NCBI GenBank assembly: GCA_043228905.1
Contig: JBHGNT010000004.1
Coordinates: 7,378,001 to 7,442,000 of the forward strand
DNA from: Azolla caroliniana
Lineage: Eukaryota; Plantae; Polypodiophyta
Direction of reading: 5' to 3'
Length of the DNA: 64,000 nt
Shown piece by piece: positions 23,701 through 33,239 of this stretch; within the stretch, counting starts at the first letter, position 1, and each line of letters begins with the position of its first letter. The notes beneath the pieces are model-generated. The model was not told the origin of the DNA, ran no database searches, and saw only the letters and a program-made list of their open reading frames with translations. The position numbers and the translations under genes are program-made.

Positions 23701-26700
23701 TGCATTTGAGGGTTCAAGACATGCACAAAATGCATGTTTGCCATTTGGCGCTCATGTATTACATGTGGTGCATGATAACCATGTCACTTATTTTAGCTCT
23801 CATGTATGAGAATTTATATGTAAAAGTACAATGATAGAAATATAATTTCAACTAAATATCTTGGCTTAGTGGTAAGCCAATTGACTCCTAACTTGGAGGT
23901 GCAAAGTTAGAATCCTTACTTGCCTTCTTTGTATATGTATATATATTTATATATTTATTTATCTAGTCGCCGGTTCGCCGAATGCCGTGAGTCGCCGCCG
24001 GTTACCGGTTGTCATCGGTCGTCGGATGTCGCCGGTTATCGATGGTCGTCGCCTCGCCGGCTCCGTCGGATGCCGATACCGCCGGATCATTAGTTACCGT
24101 CCAGTTCCGTTTTGGTTGGCTAAAACCTTTACAAGTGGCTAGACCACCTCCACTCTTAGTTCAAGTTACCTTGAACTCTCTATGCAACACACAAAGATAA
24201 TAACTTTTGCTCTACCTTATATATGGTGAGAGCCTTATTCGTCTTGTCTATGTGGGATATCTTACAATTTTCTCTTTTTCTTTCACAACTTCTTACCCAC
24301 ATAAGTTGACACTTAGATGTCCATTTCTTATGTAGTAAAGTGCATCTATTCAAGATCTTCGTCTTTTGTACTAAGATATTAAACTTACTTAGAATTAGTA
24401 TATTCACTATTATTTTTTTATATGATTGACACTTGATTTCGTACGTCTTATGTGATTTTCACACCATTGCCGAAAATCTTCACGACATCGGTAAGACACG
24501 TCTTTACCGGTCCATACCCTTTGTGGTGTGTCTCCTTCCAAGGGTGTTGAGGGTGATCTATTAATCACGTATGACGTCGTCATCAACGCCTCAGCCCAAA
24601 ACATCTTGGATAACTTTGCATGTGCTAGCATGCTTCGGACTCTCTCCCTTATGTTCTGGGTCATCCGTTTAGCCAACCCATTCAATTCCAATGTCTTCGG
24701 CACGGTGAATTCGAACCTGATTCACTTCGACCGACAATACTCCTCGAACTGCCCCCGGTATTCGCCACCGTTATCTGCTCGAACCACCTTTAGCTTCTGG
24801 CCGGTTTCCCTTTCCACTCTCGCATGGAGCTCCTTGAAGACGAACAACACCTAATCCTTTGTCTTCAACGGTGAGACCCACAGCTTCCTGTTGTGGTCGT
24901 CTATGAACGTCAAGAAGTACTGTAATCCGGCATATGACTTCGTGTTCACTTGACTCACATCGGTATGCACCAGCTCTAGTGATGCATTCCATCTCATCGG
25001 TGGTCTTGACCGGAAGGAGGTTCGGTTTTGCTTGTCAGCCAAGCAATCAGTGCACTTCTTAAGATGCACGTCTTTCACCTCTGGAATGAGGTTATCTTCG
25101 TCAAGTCTTCTCATCCCCATTTGGCTCATATGACACAATCTCTTGTGCCACAGCTCACCGATATTGTCGGATGCTACCTTCACTTTTTCCCAGCATATCC
25201 GGGCGTGCATCAGGTACATCGTGTTGAACTTCTGGGCTCGAGCCATGATCAGGATTCCTTTGCTAAATTTCATGAGTCCATTCTGGATGCTACCCATGTA
25301 GCCTTCATCATCTAGTTGACTGGCTGATATCAGGTTCAATTGAACCTTCGGAACGTGTCGGACATCCTTCAGCAGCAGCTTGCACCCGATTGATGTCGTC
25401 AACCACACATCTCTTATGCCGACAATTCAGCATGACCCTTCATTCCCCATCCGGACACGACCGTGATCTCCGATAGTGTAGGATGAGAAGCATTTCCAGT
25501 CTGGCGTCAGGTGGAATGATGGTCCGGAATCGATAACCCACATTGTCTCGTTGCCGACAAGGTTTAACTCATTCTCCTCGGTGATGAGCAGTAGTTCTTC
25601 TTCACTTGTCGTGATCGCCGACGTTCCTTTCCGATCCAGACTAACCATTTCGGTCCGAACTCTTCTTTGAATAGGTGTTGTCGATCCCTTTCTCTTTCCG
25701 GAAGTGTCGACAGTTTTTTAGGAAGTGTCCCGGCTTCCCACAATAGAAGCAAGTAGGCCTCCCCTTTACTTTGACCTTGTCCCCGACTTTTCCCGGTTCT
25801 GGGGACTCCAATACTAGTTTCTCTCTCGTTGTGTGTCGGATTCGGAATTTAGGGCTTTTGGGTCGGAGATCACTTCCTTGTCTTTCCGACACACCTCTTC
25901 AGCTAGCAAGCTCGACTTCACTCTTGCTAGGGATAGTTGCTTTCCTTCCGGCCCAGCGTTACCCAAAGTGACAACTAGCGTCTCCCAACTATCCGGGAGG
26001 GAACCAAGCAATAACAACGCAAGTACCTCATCGACTAGAGGTACTTCCAACGAGGTGGCTTGATTTATGAGCCCCTGGAAGGCATTCATGTGCTCTGCCA
26101 TACTGGATCCGTCTTGATATCTGAGTCTCACCAGCTTCCTGAAAACCGAGAGTTGATTCATGACATTCTTGTTCTAGAACATGTTGCCTAACTTCTCCTA
26201 GAGTTCATGGTCCTTGCTTTCTTCATGGAAGTTGTTGTATAGGATCATGTCGATGAAGCATCTGATGTATGTCATCGTCTTCATGTGCATCACCTCCCAT
26301 GTCGTGGCATCGATCTTGTCCGGTTTCTTGTTCCCGAACTGTACCAGCAGGTAGAGATCTTTGACCACGAGCATGTTCCTCATCTTCGACTTCCACACTG
26401 GGTAGTTGGAGCCGGTAAGCTTGAACATGCTTCCGAATGACTCTTCCATTTTCTTGTTTGCTCTGATACTAGTTTGTGCAGAATAGTGATGGGCCACCAC
26501 CGAGACTCAAACACTTTATAAAAGAACAAAACAGAAATGGAGGTTTGTACACTTACACAGAAGAGACGACATAGGATGTTTACACAGAAAGCCATAATAG
26601 GGAAAAACCACGGGAGCCCACAGACTCTAACTATCACTATACAAGAAAGGAGGTACAACAAGAGACTCAAAGGAACCGACCTTGAGCTCTGTATCTTCGC

Positions 26701-26978
26701 AAACTGGCGGCTTCACTTCTCTCTCTCTATACTACTATGATATAATTAACAACAAGAACAACAACACACCATAAAGTGATTGCCCTAAGTCATATTTATA
26801 CTTAAACGACTTTAACACTATTTACAAATATAGCCTTTACCGGCACATTAGAAACATATTTGCAGATATGTCCCTAGATCCAGTTCACACTGGATCCATC
26901 CGGATATCTTACAGTCCGGTCCAGTTGCTGCATCGGGTCTGGTTCCTTCATTCGGCTCATCTGATCCGGCTCCTCCAT
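20776..26978 (-). mobile_element. Near-complete but decayed Tnt1/Tork-like Copia (Copia-3), related to the intact element
   Basis: 3' LTR at 20776-21324, PPT complement AACTCCCCCTT at 21325-21335, PBS complement GCTCTGATACTA at 26460-26471, 5' LTR at 26475-~26978 (truncated). Gag (CFYCGKPGHFLKNC), protease (VIDSGPSFH), integrase, RT and RH have many stops. Confidence 0.92.
23372..24487 (-). mobile_element. Gypsy solo LTR inserted in Copia-3 integrase
   Basis: TGTCGTGAAGAT...ATCTTCACGACA inverted termini and a 4-bp TSD CCGG/TCGG. Excision restores VSYRHLKVFG. The first ~55 bp match the LTRs at 8529 and 40121. Strand is inferred from the 8529 LTR. Confidence 0.9.
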
Positions 26979-26979
26979 A

Positions 26980-27165
26980 CGATTCCGCTGGACCGGCCCG
27001 TACTGGATAATTGGAGCGGAACAAGGCACGTTCCAACTAGGTACGCTGGTCGGGGAAGTAGTACGGCAAAAGGTGAATGGGTTTCGCCTTAAACCTTACC
27101 TGGGCCCTACGCCACCTAACCCATTCACCGCTGGACAGGACAAAGCCGGAGAACCCACGGCGTAA
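26980..27165 (+). pseudogene. C-terminal end of a non-chromovirus (Athila/Tat-like) Gypsy integrase
   Basis: My translation: RFRWTGPYWIIGAEQGTFQLGTLVGEVVRQKVNGFRLKPYLGPTPP...*. It contains the GPY/F motif and VNGxRLKxY, and is fused by deletion to the Copia-3 LTR. Confidence 0.8.
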
Positions 27166-27487
27166 ATGGATGGCCCCACTTGTACCATAATGTAAAGATA
27201 GGCTGTATGTAACCGTTACGAAAAAAAAAAAGAGAGAGAGAGAGAGAGAGAAGATAGAGACACTATTAAAAGGACTAAATGCATGCACAGACTCCTAGAT
27301 CAAGAATACGCGGCACCACGATGACTCACCGCCCAATGAACTCTAAGCCACAAAAAGAAGGCAATAGAAGATCTTATGCACAAAATAGAAACCCACCTTC
27401 TAACTATCAACGCTCCCATCGCTCCTCCCCCTCACCTTCTCCTCCATCCTATCACAGAGCTCCAGCCCACAGCTACGTCGATGGCTC

Positions 27488-30184
27488 GTGGAGAAACGCT
27501 TGGATGGGTACATCCGGGTCGCAGAGGCACCCCCATGCCCGGAGGCCATGGACATCGCCAAAAAGCTTAACATCGACATGGTCACCAACTCTTCCTTCCG
27601 GAAAAAGTTGGACCTGTCATCGCTAGGCGAAAGGCATTTCGAAATCCCTCCTACAGAGGCGCTGGAGAGATATTTCGGGCCATATTCCTCCTCCGCCAAG
27701 GCCTATAGAACGAAGCAGATCCCGGATTCCTTCTTCCGTGAAGTTGCCAAGTTCCTGTTAGAGGTCGGATGCGTACATATCAACGCATAAGGGATGCCCA
27801 AGCAGAAGGCGGGTATCATTATCGATACCTTTGAAGGGCGTGTAGTCGATTGGGGGGTCATCACAAGGTCGGCGTTAAGGGAAGGTCTGCATGCGTATCA
27901 GGCAGGCAAAAAGCTCAGGCCCATCATACAACAGTACCTTACAGTGCTATTCCCATCCTGAGCCCTGCCAGCACCGTAGCCCAGCCGACCCACGCCTCTA
28001 CACCGATCCGCGAAGCGCAGGTTAGCGGAGTTAGTTGCCCTAGAATGGGAAGAGGAACCCCAACCCGCCCAGCCAGACACACGGACAACACAGGAGGAAC
28101 AGCCGGCACGCTCCGCGGAGGCAGCCCCAAAGCCAGACGCTGAAACATGGCAGGATAGCCCCAGACCGAAACGGCGTAGATTGGAAAGGAAAGATGGGCG
28201 GGGATTGGTCAAAGACGTCCCCACGGCGACAGAGACAACGACCGAAGGCGATGGCTCCGTAGCTACGGAGCCCAATACCACCTTCGAAATCATCCGGGAG
28301 CCACGGCCGATCATTACGACCCAGTCCCAACAAGGGAAAGCCGTATTAACGACGAAAAGCGAGGTTTTGGCATATCTAGATATCCCGGACATGACCCATC
28401 AGTTCAGCGCCCTCTTACAGTTCGGAACCTCTTTTGAGCTTATGGAATTCCTGGCAACGCAACAGATAAAGGCCTCACAACAAATGGCCGAGGAGCCCGT
28501 GGAGCGCCAGATTATCGAGTGCGCCCTAACACAAACGGCAGAGAGCGATGATGAGGACTGGCTAGCCAGGGTCGGTAGACAAAGGAACGCCGGTGTACGC
28601 CGAGTGGGGATGGAGCTACCCCCATTAAACACGGCCCTAGTCGAAGTCCATAAGGAACTGGCAAAGGTCAGCATGGGCACCAAGGAGATGGCCATTAAAA
28701 ATAAGAATGTCTGGAAGAAGGTGAAAATGACCCAAGCCGAGCTGCAAGGAGCCAACAAACGCATCGCGGAGTTGGAATCTAACGCGACTACGGCACAACA
28801 GGCAACTCTGCCACCAAGCCACGCCATCGACGCTTTGAAGGAAGAAATTGAGGCTCAGACCGCCATCGCCTCAAAAGCGAAAAGGGTCGTGCAACTAGCA
28901 AAATCAGAAATTGACTGCCTTCGAGCTTAACTGCGCCAATCCTCAGACAGAGAAAAGGAGATCCGGGCTGACGGCCGGAAGGCAGTAAAAACCCTAGAAG
29001 AGAAACTCGTTGCAGAGGTAGCACAACATATCCGGACAAAAGAAGAAAACACCAAATTACGGGATGAAGCGAAGGAATCAGAGGCGGCAATCGCGGGACT
29101 CCGAGCCTTTTTGGAGAAAAAGAAGGTATGGTTCGACGAGTAGCTGGTGGTCGAACAGGAAAAAAGGCATTAGCTCGAAATCCGCCTAAACAATGAAATG
29201 GGGAAATTAGAAGAATAACATGCAAAGGAATTCCAGCTGTGGGCGGGCCTGAAGACCACGTACGAAGAAGCGGTGGCAATTAGGCAGCAAGAAATTGCAA
29301 ACCTCAAGAAGTCGGTGGAGGACGCACGCAACCGTTACCAAGCCATCACAGACAACGTGTGTATCCTTCTACAAACCAATCGGGAGAGGTTCACAGCGCA
29401 ATTGAAAACGGCGTTGGACAAAGGATGGATGGCGTGGGCAACCCAAGCAGCGGAATTGCATGCGTATCGTGCGGACTGGGAAAACCGGCGAAAAGACAGC
29501 CGAGGTTTCTATAAACTAAATGAGGAGAGCATTCCGGCCATACGCGAGGACCTAGCGCAAGACTATCGTGCGCTAGCGGACCAACATTCCGAAGAACTCG
29601 CGGAGCTCTTAGATGATTTTGGTGAAGGCCAGGAGGATCTATTTCACTAGATCACACAAGCCGGCAACATGCGAACAAATGAGGAATCCAGCGCGATGCC
29701 AATTCCGGGCACAGCCGAAGAAGAGGAACCTCAAGCCAGATCACCAGAAATTACAATGACGGTGAACAGCGCAGACCAATGAGTGGAGTCCCCCATAGTA
29801 CCAGACTGCGAAACCGTTGCCCAAGAGAAGCCCCATCCGTAGGAGCCCACGCTATCAGCGAACCACACGGAGAACATTGCAGGCTAGGCGGAATCGCAAC
29901 CCCACTCCCCGGAGCGTACAACGACGGCCGACACCACGGAGGAAGTAACGATTGAGACAGAGCCACGGCCAACCGCAAGCATGACGACGGCGGAGCCCAA
30001 CCCACTAGCTCAAGAAGAGCCCACCGTACCTGGACCACCCACATAGGACGACCGCGACACCGGGAGAAGCCATTCCGACCAAACAGGGGAACCACACCAC
30101 GATGCACCTACGGGCCCTACATCGCCTCCGGATGTGGACACCGTAGCAGAGCCAAACATCCGGGCCATTTTGGAAGAAGATTAA
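27488..30184 (+). pseudogene. ~900-codon extra (non gag-pol) ORF of a Gypsy element; coiled-coil-like middle and acidic Pro/Thr-rich tail; function unknown
   Basis: ORF-track pieces 27488-27790, 28181-28930 and 29273-29650 share one frame. The intervening sequence stays in frame, with TAA/TAG/TGA stops compatible with single C->T changes. The true start is uncertain. Confidence 0.75.
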
Positions 30185-30212
30185 CGAGATGGGTCCGACG
30201 TGACAGGGCACT

Positions 30213-30229
30213 GTCCCACAGGCGTGCCA
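30213..30229 (-). promoter_or_regulatory. tRNA-Arg-type primer binding site (TGGCACGCCTGTGGGAC on the minus strand)
   Basis: Lies 2 bp from the LTR start, begins with TGG, resembles the complement of the plant tRNA-Arg(UCU) 3' end with a 1-nt bulge, and shares the TGGCACGCC core with 3841-3851. Confidence 0.75.
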
Positions 30230-30231
30230 GG

Positions 30232-30669
30232 TGTTGTCCGCCGGAATAGTAACCGACGGACAAGAGTGTAGGAATAAGAAACAATATAAGATCATAACAC
30301 ATGTAACGGTTCACGCAGGAAGCGTGAACGGCAAAATAGACCCTGCGTATATAAAGGGCAGAAAACCTCTGATAGAGGGGGTGTGTATTTTGGAATGTAA
30401 AGAAGCGTATCGTAATAGAATTCTATCTTCTCTGAAAATCTGTGTATAGCTACGGCTAATTTACTGTGTGTCTGGAACACCTGAGAGTGTAAGAACGTGG
30501 GTGTAACCATTGCTAAGGAGTCGGTTGTAGTCGTCTCCCTTATACACTGCTAGGTTACGGGGAACATTCCCCTACGTATTACGCAAAGACGCCACCATTC
30601 GTTGTTTCACAATCACTTCTAGGTCTAGGTCGAAGGACTGACCGCAGACCGTGTTCCTAGTCGGTAACA
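30232..30669. mobile_element. 438-bp LTR
   Basis: TGTTGT...GGTAACA termini, the same as LTR 3856-4191. TATATAAA at 30348-30355. The right end abuts Copia integrase sequence at 30670. Confidence 0.75.
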
Positions 30670-31919
30670 GAAACTCATATCTTCTGGTTGTGGTCGTCTA
30701 TGAACGTCACGAAGTACTATTATCTGGCATGTGACTTCGTGTCCACTTAGCATACATCAGTATGCACAAGTTCCAGCAGTGCATTATCTCAACAGTGGTC
30801 TCGACCGGAAAGAGGTTCGGTTCTGTTTACCGACCAAGAAATCGGTGCACTTCTCAAGCTACACGTTTTTCACCTCCGGAATGAGGTTATCTTCGGCAAG
30901 TCTTCTCATCCCTTTCTGGCTCATGTGGCACAACCTCTTGTGCCACAGCTCACCGACATTTTTGGATGCCACATTCACTTCTTCCCGGCATATCCGGGCA
31001 TGCGTTAGGTACAATGCGTTGATCTTCCGGGCTCGGGCCACGATCAAGCTTCCTGTGCTGAACCTCATGACTCCGTTCTGGATGCTACCCATGTAGCCTT
31101 CATCATCTCGTTGATTGTTGATATCAGGTTCAACTAAACCTCCGAAACGTGTCGGACATCGTTCAATAACAACTTGCACCCGGTTGATGTCATCAACCAC
31201 ACATCTCCTATGCTGACAATTCGTCATGCAACTTCATTTCCCATCCGGACACAATTGTGAGCTCTGGCTCTGCACGATGAGAAGCACTTCCGGTCGAGGC
31301 TCAGATGAAACGACGCTCCGGAGTCGACCACCCATGTCGTTTTGTCACTGACAAGATGCAACTCACTCTCCTAAGTGATTAGCAGCAATTCTTCTTCACT
31401 TGTTGCGATCGCCGACATTCCTCTCATTTCCGAAATTTTCTTTGGTTCCGGAATGTCAGCTCCCCCTTTGGATTTCCAGAATTGTCGGCAATTCTTCTGG
31501 AAGTGCCCTAGCTTTCTGCAATAAAAGCAAGTGGGCCTCCCCCTTGACTTCGACCTTGTCCCCAATTTATCCCAGTTCTGGGGAGTCATATTCCGGCCTC
31601 GTCCCCGATTATGGTCATCTTCTGTGACCAAGGCCTTCGGATCAGTTCCGGACTCCCGGTCCTTCCGGCGAGCTTCTTCATCCAACAAGCTTCATTTTAC
31701 CCTTGCTAGGGACAACTGCTTTCCTTGCTGGCGTTGATTTTACCCTTGCTGGCGTTGCCCAAGGTGACAACTACCGTCTCCCAACTATCCAGGAGCGAAC
31801 CGAGCAGGAGCAACGCAGGTACCTCGTCGACTAGAGGTACTTGAAGTGAGGTGGTTTGATTTATGAGACCCTGGAATGCATTCATGTGCTCCGCCATACT
31901 GAATCCGTCTTGGTACTGG
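30670..31919 (-). mobile_element. Copia fragment (gag, protease, start of integrase), Copia-3 family
   Basis: MAEHMNAFQGLINQ, CFYCRKLGHFQKNC, WVVDSGASFH and LWHKRLCHMSQ; both ends are cut by LTR insertions. Confidence 0.85.
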
Positions 31920-32356
31920 TGTCATGAAGGTTTCAGGCCATAGGGGGGAAACATTGCCAAATGCGTGTGAACGCGGGTGTGCATAAGTGCACCCCCTTTT
32001 GTACTAACATATAAAAATACTAAGTAATGGTAGGATTTTGGTGATTACTAGGAAGTTAGGCTTTGATAGGAGCTTTAATGTCACGTTGGTGGAGGAGAAT
32101 AATGTGGGGGAATTCAAGAAGGGAATCAAGGGGGATAACGAAAGGACATTAACTCTAATGTAACGGTCGTCCCTTGCGCTATAAAAGGGGCAACCCCAAA
32201 CTGTTTTAGGGATCCAGGTTTTAGGAGGAGGAAACTATGCCGCTCGGAGTACCGAAGCTCTCTCTCTCTCTCTCTCTCTCTCATTACGACTGACGACCGA
32301 ACTTCGGACGGTGCATCCTCTGCTCCCGTTAGATGCCCGTGCACTCTGAACCAGAG
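31920..32356 (+). mobile_element. Partial Gypsy LTR (TGTCATG start)
   Basis: Copia gag stops at ...CTGG|TGTCATGAAG. CTATAAAAGGGG at ~32179 is followed by a (CT)n tract. Confidence 0.6.
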
Positions 32357-32590
32357 TGTTAGAGTTTTGGGAACTCTATATGCACGGCGAAACATGTAAT
32401 AGGCTCCCAAGCTCAACAAATAATATATATGTATAGAAATAGGAACACATACATAAACAAATGATGTAGATATAGAGGGAAGAATCAAGCTATTATAATA
32501 TAAGAATGAAACTTGGATGTGTCTACAATGTAGAGAGGAAGAGCTCTTGCACATATTACTATGCTCCACTCAAAAACTCTATCTTAATAA

Positions 32591-33210
32591 TGTTGGGATT
32601 ACGGTCCCTTCGGATGGGATGGTCGGATATCGGAGATGAATGCCGACAAGCCCGGTTTCGGTTTCGGATCCGGATGACGAAGACCCCGGCTTCGGTGCCG
32701 GATGACGAATGTACCCGAAGAGCGATCCGGATGCAGGGACATATCCGTGAATATGTTCGCTACGAGCCCCCTGAGGCTATAGTTGTAAATAGCCCAAAGT
32801 CATATAAGTATAAATATGACTTAGGGCAAACAGTTTTTCTGTTGCTTCTCATTTTTCTGTTTTTCCACTTTAGAGGAGTGAAGAGAGAGCAGCCGTGAGA
32901 GAGAGAAAGAGAGAGAGCGCGAGAGAGAAAGAGGTAGACGCCTCTGTGTATTTCCGCCGCCTGTGGCGAGGACAGCGAGCTCAAGGTCGTCGCCTTGGAG
33001 CTCGTCATTGTATACTTCTCTGTATAGTGTTGTTTGGAGTCTTGTACTCCCGTGGTTTTTTCCCCGTTTAGGGTTTTCCACGTTAATCCTTGTGTACTCG
33101 CGTTTCTTCGTTTTGTTTCTACGTGTGTTTCCTATTTTCTGCTCCATTGATCCGCGATTAATCGGTTGTGGCCGAGATAAGAAGGTGGAGAGAAGCGTCA
33201 ATTCTCAACA
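32591..33210 (+). repeat. 5' LTR of the intact Copia
   Basis: Direct repeat of 37324-37943 (offset 4733); TATAAATA at 32809-32816. Confidence 0.97.
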
Positions 33211-33213
33211 AAC

Positions 33214-33225
33214 TGGTATCAGAGC
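33214..33225 (+). promoter_or_regulatory. tRNA-iMet primer binding site
   Basis: TGGTATCAGAGC 3 bp after the 5' LTR. Confidence 0.95.
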
Positions 33226-33239
33226 GACTGTTGCAGAAA

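Noticed and set aside
23855-23925. Bona fide tRNA gene
   Set aside because: A/B boxes are present, but I could not form acceptor and anticodon stems; it is kept only as a tRNA-like cassette.
30212-30231. Alternative LTR start at 30212 (TGTCCC) with ACAGGGCAC as a PPT
   Set aside because: The purine tract is very poor. The 30232 start gives termini matching LTR 3856-4191 and leaves a tRNA-matching 17-mer at canonical PBS spacing. It cannot be fully excluded without a second LTR copy.
33168-33239. ORF-track start giving a 1381-aa polyprotein
   Set aside because: This is a non-ATG start inside the LTR and upstream of the PBS. The first ATG at 33240 is the plausible start.
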